Shown: positions 7,862 to 17,565, counted from the first letter of the stretch. The stretch is DNA of 32,000 bases from Halogeometricum borinquense DSM 11551 (GCF_000172995.2 NC_014729.1:2640001-2672000); one strand, 5' to 3'. Translations and numbers: made by a program. Notes: generated from the sequence alone by a model not told the origin.

Positions 7862-9712
7862 ATGAGTGACTCCGACGCGAAAGTCACCCGTCTCTTCGGG
7901 GGGCCGGGTAGCGGGAAAACGACAGCACTCCTCGACCGGGTCGAGGAGATGCTCGAAGACGACGACGTGACGATTCGTGATATCCTCGTCGTCTCCTACA
8001 CCCGCGCCGCCGCCGCCGAGATTCGAGAACGCCTCGCAGAGCGACTCGATATCTCGCCACGTGCGTTGCAGGGCAACGTCGCTACGATGCACGCGAAGGC
8101 GTACGAACTCCTCGATCTCTCGCGGAACGACGTCGTCGGTGAGAAGGACAAAAAGGAGTTCTGTGAGGAGTACGGCGTCGAGTTCGAGGACGAATACGGC
8201 GGTGCTGGTCGCCGAACCGCCCGTTCGACGACTATCGGCAACAAAATAATCGCCACGAGCCAGTGGCTTCAGCGAACCCGTCGTGACGTAGCCGACTGGT
8301 ACGACGTCCCGTTCAACTGGAACGTCGAGGAGGTCCGACTCCCGCCGGAAATAGACCCCAACGCACAGGAAGGCAACAAATACACTCCGACGTGGCCCTC
8401 TGACGACGACCGAATCGACGTCCCGGGCGTCATCCGCGGGTGGCGGAAATACAAAGGTGACAACGGGCTCGTCGGCTTCGCTGACATGCTCGAACGGGTT
8501 CGGCAACGGTCGCTCGTTCCGAACGTAGACTACCTCGTCATCGACGAATTCCAGGACATCACGACCCTGCAGTACGACGTCTACCAAGAGTGGCTTCCCC
8601 ACCTCGAAGGCGTCCTGATTGCAGGTGACGACGACCAGGTTGTCTACGCGTGGCAGGGTGCGGACCCGAACCTGCTCCTCGACGCCGAACGCGACGAGGA
8701 CGTCGTACTGCCGAACTCCTACCGACTTCCCTCGCGTATTCTCGACGTAGTGAACGAGGAGATTCGTCACATCGACAAGCGCCAAGAGAAAGACCTGCAC
8801 CCGCGGAAAGAAGGCGGTGTTGTCGAAGGGGTCGCCTCACCATCGATGCTTGATCTCGCGCGCAACGTCCGCTACACCATCGAAGAGGACGAAGACGATG
8901 AGAGCATCATGGTGCTGTTCCGCGCGCGCTATCAGATGTTCCAGTTCATCGATGAGTTCCTCCCGCTCGGCATCCCGTTCTCGGTACTCACCGACCAGCG
9001 GATGTGGACGGACCGCCTCACGGAGTACGTCGAGGCAATCGAGAAACTGGAGCGCGAAGAGAACATCAACGGATTAGAGGCGCGACGCCTCGCAGACATG
9101 CTGCAAGAGTCCGCGTTCGGGTCGAACGAACGCGACGACCTGTTCGACTACATCGACGAGTTGCAGGAAGAGACCGGCGTCGAAGACCTCACCGACCTCG
9201 AAGTCGAACTGGATGTTATCACCGACCACGCGCCGTTCGTCCCCGACGGGGCCGCCGCGGGCGACATGGTTCGTAAGGTCACGTCGTTCCAGCGCAAATC
9301 CGTCGAAGCGTACTTCGCTGGCGAGTATCAGGGAATGGACCCCAACCGCGTCCGCGTCGGCACCATCCACTCCGCAAAGGGTCGTGAGGCCGACCACGTG
9401 TTCGTCTCGACAGACCTGACCGAGAAGGTGGTCGAACAGATGGCCGCCTCGGTGGACGACGAAGAAGTCAGCGGTGTCGAGGAGTTCACCACTTCGACCG
9501 ACCCCGTTCCAATCCTAACCGACAACGAGCGCCGCGTCTTCTACGTCGGGATGTCCCGCGCCCGCGAACGCCTTGTCATCTTAGAGAACCTCATCAAAGG
9601 TGCGCCGACGCTCCCGGTGAGCGTCTTGCTCCACAACGAGGTTCGTGACACTCCAGTCGAAGAACTGCTGGAGGAGGCACAGACGGGCGACGCCCCGGCA
9701 CCCGAACCGTAG
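7862..9712 (+). CDS. UvrD/Rep (SF1A)-like DNA helicase
   Basis: Helicase motifs are present in order: I GGPGSGKTT, Ia VVSYTRAAA, II IDEFQD, III AGDDDQVVYAWQGA, IV NSYRLP, V GTIHSAKGREAD and VI YVGMSRARERL. Confidence 0.9.
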   Translation: MSDSDAKVTRLFGGPGSGKTTALLDRVEEMLEDDDVTIRDILVVSYTRAAAAEIRERLAERLDISPRALQGNVATMHAKAYELLDLSRNDVVGEKDKKEFCEEYGVEFEDEYGGAGRRTARSTTIGNKIIATSQWLQRTRRDVADWYDVPFNWNVEEVRLPPEIDPNAQEGNKYTPTWPSDDDRIDVPGVIRGWRKYKGDNGLVGFADMLERVRQRSLVPNVDYLVIDEFQDITTLQYDVYQEWLPHLEGVLIAGDDDQVVYAWQGADPNLLLDAERDEDVVLPNSYRLPSRILDVVNEEIRHIDKRQEKDLHPRKEGGVVEGVASPSMLDLARNVRYTIEEDEDDESIMVLFRARYQMFQFIDEFLPLGIPFSVLTDQRMWTDRLTEYVEAIEKLEREENINGLEARRLADMLQESAFGSNERDDLFDYIDELQEETGVEDLTDLEVELDVITDHAPFVPDGAAAGDMVRKVTSFQRKSVEAYFAGEYQGMDPNRVRVGTIHSAKGREADHVFVSTDLTEKVVEQMAASVDDEEVSGVEEFTTSTDPVPILTDNERRVFYVGMSRARERLVILENLIKGAPTLPVSVLLHNEVRDTPVEELLEEAQTGDAPAPEP

Positions 9713-9714
9713 GG

Positions 9715-10881
9715 ATGCCAGACCCACACGGCTCGCTTCCCGCCCCCGAGACAGACCCCGCGTTTCTCGATAGCGCGCTTGCTGCCGCCGACGCCGTCGG
9801 ATTTGTCGCGGTCGGCAATCGGTTTGACGACGGTCTGCGCTACCTCACCCGCTTTTCAGGCCCAGACCGCAACTACGCGTTCGTCTATGCGGACGGTGAG
9901 GCGATACTCTGTGCGCCCGCGTTGTTCACAGAACAGGCCGAACGCGAGTTCGCCGGAACAGTGCGAACCACGGACGTGGGCGACCCAACGGGCATCCGCG
10001 CCGCAAACACGCTCTCCGACCTCGGTGCGTCGTCGGGGACGGTTCTCGTCCCGCAGTCGATTCCACACGACGCCGCGGTCCACCTCGAACAGGCGGGCTA
10101 CGACCTCGAATCGACCACCGCAGTCGCGGACGCACGGCTGATCAAGACCGAATCGGAGATAGACTGCCTCCGTCGCGTTCAACGCGCTGCCGTCCGCGGA
10201 ATGCGCCGTGCTGAAGAGATACTCGCGGCCGCCGAACCGATGGATGACGAACTCATCTGGCAAGATGCCCCCCTCTCGACGGAACGACTTCGCCGACAGG
10301 TGAACGCGGAACTCGCCGTCTACGGCGTCCGCGATGCGGGCAACACCGTCATCGGTGCCGGACCGACCTGTGCGGACCTGCACTACACCGGAATGGACGT
10401 GCTTCGGCCCGACGAGACGATTCTGTTGGACATCTCGCCGCGCGGCCCGCACGGCTACTACGGCGACTTGTCGCGCACCTACGTCGTCGATAGCAACGGC
10501 GGCTGGGAACGACGCGCCTACGTCGCTGTCGAGGCGGCGTTGAAGGCCGGACTGGCCGAGATAGAACCCGGCGCACACGCGAACGAGATCCACCGAGAGG
10601 CCGCCGCCGAACTCACCGCTCACGGGTTCGACCCGAACGCCGACGAGGGAGAAGCGGGCTTTACGCATGGGACGGGCCACGGTGTCGGCATCTCGCTTCA
10701 CGAAGGGCCGTCGCTCCGCGAGCCTGTCGAGTTGGAATCGGGGATGGTGTTCACCGTCGAACCCGGCGTCTACGACCCCGAGCAAGGCGGTGTCAGGTTA
10801 GAAGAACTCGTCGTCGTCACCGAAGACGGCTACGAGACGCTGCACGAGTACCCGCGGTCGTTCACGCCGCGGGCGGACTGA
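9715..10881 (+). CDS. M24 family Xaa-Pro peptidase (creatinase/prolidase fold)
   Basis: HGTGHGVGISLHEGP, FTVEPGVY and RLEELVVVT are typical M24B metal-ligand motifs. The ATG lies 2 nt after the helicase stop codon. Confidence 0.88.
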   Translation: MPDPHGSLPAPETDPAFLDSALAAADAVGFVAVGNRFDDGLRYLTRFSGPDRNYAFVYADGEAILCAPALFTEQAEREFAGTVRTTDVGDPTGIRAANTLSDLGASSGTVLVPQSIPHDAAVHLEQAGYDLESTTAVADARLIKTESEIDCLRRVQRAAVRGMRRAEEILAAAEPMDDELIWQDAPLSTERLRRQVNAELAVYGVRDAGNTVIGAGPTCADLHYTGMDVLRPDETILLDISPRGPHGYYGDLSRTYVVDSNGGWERRAYVAVEAALKAGLAEIEPGAHANEIHREAAAELTAHGFDPNADEGEAGFTHGTGHGVGISLHEGPSLREPVELESGMVFTVEPGVYDPEQGGVRLEELVVVTEDGYETLHEYPRSFTPRAD

Positions 10882-10903
10882 GGCGTGGGCGTTTCGCTCT
10901 CGG

Positions 10904-11146
10904 CTATTTTTCGTCGTCCGGCATCTTGACGACGTTTCCGACGATTGATTCCCCGACTTTCGCGGGGATGTCGGACGGCGTCGTGAGATACTGCGGGAGA
11001 ACGACCATCAGTACCGCGACGACGACGAGACCGCCGCCCAGAACTTGCTGACCGTCGAGAAACGCGTTCAACCCGTAGACGCCGACGGGAACGGCGAATA
11101 TCAGCGTCGCCGCGAGTTGAATCGTGCCGAGGATTCCGAGCCTCAT
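10904..11146 (-). CDS. Small membrane protein with two predicted TM helices, 80 aa, unknown function
   Basis: Two hydrophobic stretches (LGILGTIQLAATLIFAVPVGVYGL and GGGLVVVAVLMVVLPQYL) plus a charged tail. The ATG is at 11146, because the ORF-track start at 11149 is a GTG. Coding-like GC3. Confidence 0.5.
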   Translation of the reverse strand: MRLGILGTIQLAATLIFAVPVGVYGLNAFLDGQQVLGGGLVVVAVLMVVLPQYLTTPSDIPAKVGESIVGNVVKMPDDEK

Positions 11147-11241
11147 CACCCAAGAGAAAGCAGTCCATGCGAAAAAACGACTCGGTGTGCGGGGAGTAAC
11201 GCGGCGATACGGCTAACCCATCGGGCCGCGAGACTGTGTGT

Positions 11242-13110
11242 ATGCTTCAGACAGTCCCCGCGGCCGCCGTGCAACTCGCGGGGGTGTCGCTCCCGGTGTC
11301 GGTCCTCGTCGTCTTCGCCGTCGTCCTCGGTGCGGTCGTCCTGTTCGTTACTGAAGCGGTGTCACCGGACGTGACGGCCATCGCCGTCATCGTCGCGCTC
11401 GTCGCTCTCGAACCGTTTACGAAGGTATCCGCGGCGGAGGGTCTCTCGGGATTCTCGAACCCCGCGACGGTGACCATCTTAGCGATGTACATCCTCAGTC
11501 GGGGTATCCAGCGAACGGGCGTCGTCCGCCGTCTCGGCGTCGAAGTCGCCCATCTCACTCGCGGGTCGGAGAACCGACTCCTCGTGGCCATCATCGCCCT
11601 CACCGGACCAATCGCGGGTATCGTGAACAACACACCTGTCGTCGCCGTCTTCATCCCGATGGTGACAGACCTCGCCAACGAGTCGGGCGTCTCGCCGTCG
11701 AAACTACTCATCCCGCTCTCGTACGCGTCGATGCTCGCCGGGACGTTGACGCTGTTCGGAACAGCGACGAACCTCGTCGCCTCGGAACTGTCTGCGGACC
11801 TTTTGGGCCGGCCGTTCGGCGTGTTCCTGTTGACGCCCGTCGGTATCGTCGCCTTCCTCGTCGGCGCGGCGTACCTCCTCACTGTCGGCCGGTGGCTGTT
11901 GCCCGCCCGCGTCCCGCCGGGGTCGCGGACCGAGCGGTACGAGATGCAACCGTATCTGGCTCGCGTCCTCGTGACCGCACGGTCGCCGTTCGTTGGAAAC
12001 TCCGCACAGACCGTCGCTGCCGATGCCCACCGTGATCTCGGACTCGACGTGTTGGACGTGGTCCGCGGCGCGGATCACTTCGTCGCCACCGACTCCGACC
12101 GCGAATTAGCGTCAAGAGATATATTGACCGTCCGGGGCAACCCGCCGACAATCCAGCAGTTCGTCGAATATGGGTCGCTCCGGCTTCTCCCGCGCGCGAC
12201 GGTGACAGACGCGGAACTCGATAACCCCGAACGCAGCACGCTCGTCGAACTCATCGTCCCGGCCGATTCCTCGTTAGTGGGCGAGACTGTCACGGGTGCG
12301 CGCCTCCGGGAACGCTACGATGCCACCGTCCTTGCCATCCGGCGGGCGGGCGGCGAACTCGTCCGAGACGACATCGGAGAAACGCAACTACACGGCGGCG
12401 ACGCCCTGCTGTTGCAGACAACCGAAGTGTCCGCGGAGTTTCTCGCAGAGAACGACGACGTTGTCGTCACGGGAGAAGTGTTCGACGAGGTGATGGCCCG
12501 CGTGCGTGAAGGCGGCGTTAGCTCCACTGCCCTGATCGCCTTCGGCATCCTGTTCGGCGTCGTCGCCGTCGCCGCTCTGGGCCTTCTTCCAATCTCTGTC
12601 GCCGCTCTCACGGGAGTCCTCGCCATGTTCGTCACGGGCGTCCTCTCACCGAACGAGGCGTACGACGCGGTGAACTGGAGCGTCATCTTCCTGCTCGCAG
12701 GCATTATCCCTCTCGGGATCGCTCTGAGAGAGACGGGAGCGGCCGCACTCGTTGCTGACGCGGTCAGTGGCGTGGCGGTCGGTCTTCCCCCACTTGTCGT
12801 TCTCGTGCTGTTCTACCTTCTCACAGGAGCGTTCGCTAACGTCATCACACCAGTCGCAAGCGTCGTCCTCTTTCTCCCTATCGCGGCCTCCACCGCGTCC
12901 AGCATCGGTGCTGACCCGTTCTCGTTCGTCCTCGGGGTCACATTCGCGGCGACGACAGCGTTCATGACGCCTGTGGGCTACCAGACAAATCTCATGGTGT
13001 ACGGTCCCGGCGGCTACACGTTCTCCGACTACGTCCGCGTCGGCGCGCCCCTGCAACTCCTCCTCGCCGTCGTCACGTCGGTAGCGATAGCCCTGTACTG
13101 GGGCCTGTGA
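11242..13110 (+). CDS. SLC13/DASS-type anion permease with two central TrkA-C (RCK_C) domains
   Basis: Polytopic membrane halves flank a soluble insert with two RCK_C-like repeats (YLARVLV...LTVRG and LVELIVP...LLLQT). The first ATG is at 11242, because 11236 is a GTG. Confidence 0.85.
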   Translation: MLQTVPAAAVQLAGVSLPVSVLVVFAVVLGAVVLFVTEAVSPDVTAIAVIVALVALEPFTKVSAAEGLSGFSNPATVTILAMYILSRGIQRTGVVRRLGVEVAHLTRGSENRLLVAIIALTGPIAGIVNNTPVVAVFIPMVTDLANESGVSPSKLLIPLSYASMLAGTLTLFGTATNLVASELSADLLGRPFGVFLLTPVGIVAFLVGAAYLLTVGRWLLPARVPPGSRTERYEMQPYLARVLVTARSPFVGNSAQTVAADAHRDLGLDVLDVVRGADHFVATDSDRELASRDILTVRGNPPTIQQFVEYGSLRLLPRATVTDAELDNPERSTLVELIVPADSSLVGETVTGARLRERYDATVLAIRRAGGELVRDDIGETQLHGGDALLLQTTEVSAEFLAENDDVVVTGEVFDEVMARVREGGVSSTALIAFGILFGVVAVAALGLLPISVAALTGVLAMFVTGVLSPNEAYDAVNWSVIFLLAGIIPLGIALRETGAAALVADAVSGVAVGLPPLVVLVLFYLLTGAFANVITPVASVVLFLPIAASTASSIGADPFSFVLGVTFAATTAFMTPVGYQTNLMVYGPGGYTFSDYVRVGAPLQLLLAVVTSVAIALYWGL

Positions 13111-13129
13111 GTGCCCGGTTCGAACGAGA

Positions 13130-13777
13130 CTACCGGACAACTCCCTCGGGCAGGTCCGTTACATCCTCGGTTCCCAACCCTGTCGTGACGACCAGACGGA
13201 GACCGCGGCGGACGGACATATCCACGTCGAACACGTCGTCCGGCGGGACCATAATCAGTGATCCCGCGGTTGGATTCGGACTGTGCGGGAGAAACACTGT
13301 GAGCAGTTCATCGTTCTCCGTTGCCGCCACTGCGGCCCGCGGCCCGTGAGTGGTGACGAACCCGATAGAGTAGATGCCCTTGCGTGGATACTCAACGAGG
13401 ACGACGCGGTCGAACCCCTCGCTCTGTCGAGTCAGAGACTCAGACACTTGCCTGACGCCGAAGTAGATGGTCCGCACGAGCGGGACAAGTCGAACCCCGC
13501 GTTCAAGCCCGCCGAACAGGCGGCGACCGAGTTCCCGCGACGCGACGTAGCCGATGAGCGTGAGCATGATGGCTAGAATGGTCGCTGCCAATAGCTGTGC
13601 GAGCAGGAGTTCGTCGCCGGTGAAATTTCGCAGGCGCGTCGTGGTGACGATGGGATTGAGGATGATGCCGGTGAGTCGGTCGAACACGAAATCGAGGATG
13701 AACACCGTCACCGCTAACGGTGCGATGAGGAACAGGCCCGTGATGAAACTGGTGCGAAGCCGAGTGAGGAGCGACAT
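13130..13777 (-). CDS. DUF502-family membrane protein
   Basis: MSLLTRLRTSFITGLFLIAPLAVTVFIL...NPTAGSLIMVP matches the DUF502 pattern as I remember it. The ORF-track extension to 14203 overlaps the riboflavin synthase gene on the other strand and is not protein-like. Confidence 0.75.
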   Translation of the reverse strand: MSLLTRLRTSFITGLFLIAPLAVTVFILDFVFDRLTGIILNPIVTTTRLRNFTGDELLLAQLLAATILAIMLTLIGYVASRELGRRLFGGLERGVRLVPLVRTIYFGVRQVSESLTRQSEGFDRVVLVEYPRKGIYSIGFVTTHGPRAAVAATENDELLTVFLPHSPNPTAGSLIMVPPDDVFDVDMSVRRGLRLVVTTGLGTEDVTDLPEGVVR

Positions 13778-13894
13778 CGTGCGAGCGTATGTGAGCGGCG
13801 ACAAAAGAGTATCCGGGCGGTCAGTCGAGAAACCGCTCCGCCGCAGTACAATCATTTCCGAGATGCTTTTCACTGGTGAGACACGACCCGAAGT

Positions 13895-14506
13895 ATGTTC
13901 ACGGGAATCGTGGAAGGAACCGGCGTCGTCGTCGCCGCGACGGACGACGACGGCGGCCGCCGTCTCCGACTCAGTCCCGACGTGACGTTCGAAGACCTCC
14001 GCCACGGTCAGTCTATCGCAGTCAGCGGGGTCTGTCTCACTGTCGAAGACTACTCGACAGACGAACAGTGGTTCGACGTGTTCCTCGCCGCAGAGACTGT
14101 CGAAAAGACGTATCTCGGAGACGTATCGGAGGGCGACCGGGTGAACCTCGAACGCGCGCTTCCCGCCGACGGCCGTCTGGACGGCCATATCGTGCAAGGA
14201 CACGTCGATACGACGACGACCGTGACCGGAATCGAACGCGTCGGCGACGACTGGTTCTTCGAGTTCGACCTGCCCGAGGAGTTAGGCAAGTACGTCGTCG
14301 CCAAGGGATCAGTCTGTCTCGACGGCATTAGCCTCACCGTCGCCGACCGCCGTGAGTCGGACTTCGCCGTCGCCATCATCCCGACGACGTACGACCTGAC
14401 GACGCTCTCGGAAAAATCGGTTGGCGACCCCGTTCACGTCGAGGTTGACGTGGTGGCGAAGTACGTCGAAAACATGGTGTCCGGGTACGCCGACGCCCTC
14501 CAGTAG
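13895..14506 (+). CDS. ribE: Riboflavin synthase, bacterial/eukaryotic type (two lumazine-binding repeats)
   Basis: Canonical N-terminus MFTGIVEGTG, with an internal repeat (GQSIAVSGVCLTV and KGSVCLDGISLTV). Confidence 0.9.
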   Translation: MFTGIVEGTGVVVAATDDDGGRRLRLSPDVTFEDLRHGQSIAVSGVCLTVEDYSTDEQWFDVFLAAETVEKTYLGDVSEGDRVNLERALPADGRLDGHIVQGHVDTTTTVTGIERVGDDWFFEFDLPEELGKYVVAKGSVCLDGISLTVADRRESDFAVAIIPTTYDLTTLSEKSVGDPVHVEVDVVAKYVENMVSGYADALQ

Positions 14507-14558
14507 GAAATTAGTCGCGTCCGCGGGGCTGACGGGGTCGGCGCGCTCTCTCACTCGT

Positions 14559-15563
14559 TTACTCGTACTCGGTCATCTCCGACTGCATCGACGCCTCATC
14601 GTACGTCGGCATGTGCGCCTGTCGGTAGGCGCGACTGTAGCGCCGAATCTTTCGGATCAGGAAGTAGCCGAAGATGCCGTCGTAGATGAGGACGTAGGCG
14701 ATAGATGCCCACAGACCACTGAGCGGCGTGAATAGATCGATAGCCACGGTCCCGAAACCGACCGTGACGTTGTACATTGCGTGGACGAACGCCGCGATGA
14801 GTAGGCCCTTGATGATAATCGGACCGCGGTTCTCGCGGTTGAACTTCGCCAGTCCGAGATAGTAGCCCGCGATTGCGCTGTAGATGACGTGCCCCGGGCC
14901 AGCGAGGGCGCGGGCGGCAGTGATACTACCACCCATTCCGAGAAGCCCCAGACTGAGGTCGAGATTCTGCACCGGAAGTTCCCGCGTGATGTAGATAGCG
15001 TTCTCGATGAATGCGAAGCCCAGCCCTGCCATCGCACCATAGACAGCGCCGTCAACAACGGAGTTGAACCGGTCGTCAGTGTAGGCGAACAGACGCACGG
15101 CGAGCAACTTCATCGACTCCTCAACGGGACCGACAACGAGGAAGAATGACAGTAACGTCCCGGCAAATCCGAGTATTTCGAAGTAACCGCCAATCAAACT
15201 GTTGAGTATGGCCGCAAAGCTGGCTGTCAACACGCTGAGGAGGAACGTCCCGACGAGAAGCACCAGCGGTTCACCCGTCGTTATATCGGAGTAGTAAACG
15301 TAGGCAGCGAGACCGAGCGCCGGTATCGCCGAAAGAACGGTCAGCAGTCCAATTTCGAGGTCCGTGATCGCTGCGAACCCGCCGATACTGACGAGCAGGC
15401 CGAACGCGACCGCGATGATGAGAAACCGCGACGACGCCCGAAACAACCAGTACAGGGCTGATGCGAGGCCGTCAACAGATGTTCGTTGTTCCCACGTCGA
15501 AATATCGTAGAGATCCATAGCGCCGTCAGATGCGCGTTCGACCGGGTCTTGTTTCTCGGCCAT
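14559..15563 (-). CDS. PrsW-family intramembrane protease
   Basis: Polytopic membrane protein with EESMKLLAV, FIENAIY, HVIYSAIAGYYLG and HAMYN motifs typical of PrsW. Confidence 0.8.
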   Translation of the reverse strand: MAEKQDPVERASDGAMDLYDISTWEQRTSVDGLASALYWLFRASSRFLIIAVAFGLLVSIGGFAAITDLEIGLLTVLSAIPALGLAAYVYYSDITTGEPLVLLVGTFLLSVLTASFAAILNSLIGGYFEILGFAGTLLSFFLVVGPVEESMKLLAVRLFAYTDDRFNSVVDGAVYGAMAGLGFAFIENAIYITRELPVQNLDLSLGLLGMGGSITAARALAGPGHVIYSAIAGYYLGLAKFNRENRGPIIIKGLLIAAFVHAMYNVTVGFGTVAIDLFTPLSGLWASIAYVLIYDGIFGYFLIRKIRRYSRAYRQAHMPTYDEASMQSEMTEYE

Positions 15564-15669
15564 CCTCTGACTATATAACTGGATGCCGAGAAATATCTTT
15601 GGCTAAGTCGAGGAGTCGTGGGGCGAAACGGGCGCTTGAAAGGGGGCGAGGACCAACCACAGGACGACT

Positions 15670-16047
15670 ATGCACTTCGACCAGCGAACGCAGGCCGCCC
15701 TTCGGGACGTTGGCCTCACGACCGAAGAGATTCGGACGGCATCGGACGCCGTCGCGGATGCGGTCGAACGCGACGCAGAGAAGCTACGCTCGTTCTTCGA
15801 CGGTGAGGGGGCTGTGTACTCGGATATGGAGATGGCACACAGTGCAACGGAGATACAGGAGCACAAAGTCGAGTTCATCGATCTGTTCACCCACGGCAGC
15901 GACTTGCGGGGCTACCTTCGCTTTGACTCGTGGGGCGTGCCCGTCGAAGGCGGACGCGTCCTGAGCGACGAGAAGGTGGAACTGTCGCTCGGCCCGACAG
16001 TCGATGCTCGCGTCCGGTTCGCGCGCGACCCGGACCTGTTGCGATGA
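15670..16047 (+). CDS. Hypothetical acidic protein, 125 aa, translationally coupled to the FAU-1 gene
   Basis: ATG start and GC3-rich, protein-like composition. Its TGA stop overlaps the ATG of the next gene (ATGA at 16044-16047). I recognise no motif. Confidence 0.6.
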   Translation: MHFDQRTQAALRDVGLTTEEIRTASDAVADAVERDAEKLRSFFDGEGAVYSDMEMAHSATEIQEHKVEFIDLFTHGSDLRGYLRFDSWGVPVEGGRVLSDEKVELSLGPTVDARVRFARDPDLLR

Positions 16048-17465
16048 GCGACGACGCCGCGCGCGTCCGCGTCCGCGGTATCTACACGACGGCCGCGACG
16101 CACCTCCTCTTAGACGCCGGACACGACGTGGTGCAGGCCTCCGAACCCATCCGTGCCCGCTTCGATGCCGAGTTCGCTGATGGCCACCACGAGGTGACGG
16201 TATCGACGACCGATGACAGACAGGGTGTCGGCGTTCACGGCGATCCGGAAGCGGTCGAATCGGTCACATCGGACCTCACAACCGTCGGTATCGACACGTT
16301 GTCGTGGACCGACTCGACGCCGCCGGGGGCCGTGTTCGACGCCCGCGTGACCGACACGAAAGGCTCCGGTGCGGTATGCTCGTTGGGTGAGGCGGAAGGC
16401 TTTCTCCCGTTTCACGAGACGAACGACCGAATCGAGGAAGGCGACGCCGTCCGAGTGCAAGTGCGCGAGGCCGAACCGCTGTGGAGCGACCGGCGGGCCT
16501 CGCTCGGAACCGGCATCCGTGCCGACGGCGGGTTAGCGACACTGGTTCGCGGACGCGACGGCGTGACCGTTGACACCCGCGACGAGGCCGCCGGGCGCGA
16601 ACTCGTCGGCATGACCGACTTCCTCTCGGTCGAAGTTCCCGATGGGTGGGGAATCGAGTGGTCTCACGCCGCGACGAAGGCAGATATGGACGCGCTCGGC
16701 GCGGCACTCGAACGTGCCGTCGAACGTGCGGCGTCTATCGACGACGCGCTCTCGGGCGCCGACGAGGTGGAACCGCTTCGATGTCTCGCTGCACCCGCCT
16801 CCGGTGAGTGGGTCTGGTTCGGGCGCGAGTCCCGCTTCGAACTCGACGCACATCGCCGCGAGGTCGAGACGACGATGCCGGGGCATCACCGGACGAAGGC
16901 CGCCTGCGAGGAAGCGAGCGCGGGTGTGGACTTCGTAGAAGCGATGTGCGCACCGTCAGGTGAGTTCCCGTTCGACGTGGTGACACGGCAGTTTGGTCCA
17001 ACCGAGGGCGACACTGTCGGTATCGGCCACGGGAAACCGGACGGCCGCGCGTTCTCGCTCGGACGCGGTGAGGTGGTCGAGTGGGGCGAAGACGGAACGC
17101 TCTCGGTGGAGCGGACGCTCTCAGGCGGCGGGACGTACGACGGCCTCGGAACGTCGCGAGAGTCGGGCGACACGGCCCTCACGAAGTTCCGTGAAGGTCG
17201 ATGGTGGTATCCGACCGTCTACCGGAGTGCGGCGGGCGACCTGAAGGGAACGTACGTGAACGTCTGTACGCCCGTCGAGTGCTTCCCCGACGAAGTTCGC
17301 TACGTGGACCTGCACGTAGACGTGATAAAGCATCCTGACGGCACCGTCGAACGCGTCGATGACGACGAACTGGACGCGGCCGTCGAAGCGGGAACGATTC
17401 GCGACGAACTCGCGGAGAAGGCGCGGTCGGTGGCGTCGAGTCTGGAGAACGCGCTGTCGAAGTGA
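16044..17465 (+). CDS. fau-1: Probable ribonuclease / RNA-binding protein FAU-1 (RNase E/G-like N-terminus plus DUF402 C-terminus)
   Basis: N-terminus VRVRGIYTTAATHLLLDAGHDVVQASEPIRARF, and a C-terminal DUF402-like segment YVNVCTP...YVDLHVDVIKHPDG. The start at 16044 removes an Arg-rich extension present in the ORF track. Confidence 0.8.
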   Translation: MSDDAARVRVRGIYTTAATHLLLDAGHDVVQASEPIRARFDAEFADGHHEVTVSTTDDRQGVGVHGDPEAVESVTSDLTTVGIDTLSWTDSTPPGAVFDARVTDTKGSGAVCSLGEAEGFLPFHETNDRIEEGDAVRVQVREAEPLWSDRRASLGTGIRADGGLATLVRGRDGVTVDTRDEAAGRELVGMTDFLSVEVPDGWGIEWSHAATKADMDALGAALERAVERAASIDDALSGADEVEPLRCLAAPASGEWVWFGRESRFELDAHRREVETTMPGHHRTKAACEEASAGVDFVEAMCAPSGEFPFDVVTRQFGPTEGDTVGIGHGKPDGRAFSLGRGEVVEWGEDGTLSVERTLSGGGTYDGLGTSRESGDTALTKFREGRWWYPTVYRSAAGDLKGTYVNVCTPVECFPDEVRYVDLHVDVIKHPDGTVERVDDDELDAAVEAGTIRDELAEKARSVASSLENALSK

Positions 17466-17541
17466 GCGGTGTGTGAGGTGGTCGGCGAGAAATCGCCGAT
17501 TGGTGAACACAACTCGGCGGCATCGTTCGAGACCTGGGTCA

Positions 17542-17565
17542 GCGACCGCGTTTTACAGCGGTCGC
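17542..17565. terminator. Perfect 8-bp stem hairpin (GCGACCGC-GTTTTACA-GCGGTCGC) between convergent genes
   Basis: Inverted repeat read directly from the sequence. It lies between the FAU-1 stop (17465) and the NifU-like stop (17595), and the loop contains TTTT. Confidence 0.35.

Noticed and set aside
13778-13894. A possible FMN riboswitch upstream of riboflavin synthase.
   Set aside because: The 117-bp divergent gap shows none of the conserved FMN-element helices or motifs that I can recognise, and FMN riboswitches are not known in haloarchaea.
13778-14203. N-terminal extensions in the ORF track, for example 13130-14203, 15930-16043, 18030-19595, 20693-21202, 23900-24010, 27546-28574, 675-2582, 4360-4452 and 17595-18005.
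   Set aside because: The extensions have non-protein-like composition. Some overlap neighbouring genes or use GTG/TTG starts. Internal ATGs coincide with the family N-termini and with TATA-like elements about 25-30 nt upstream.
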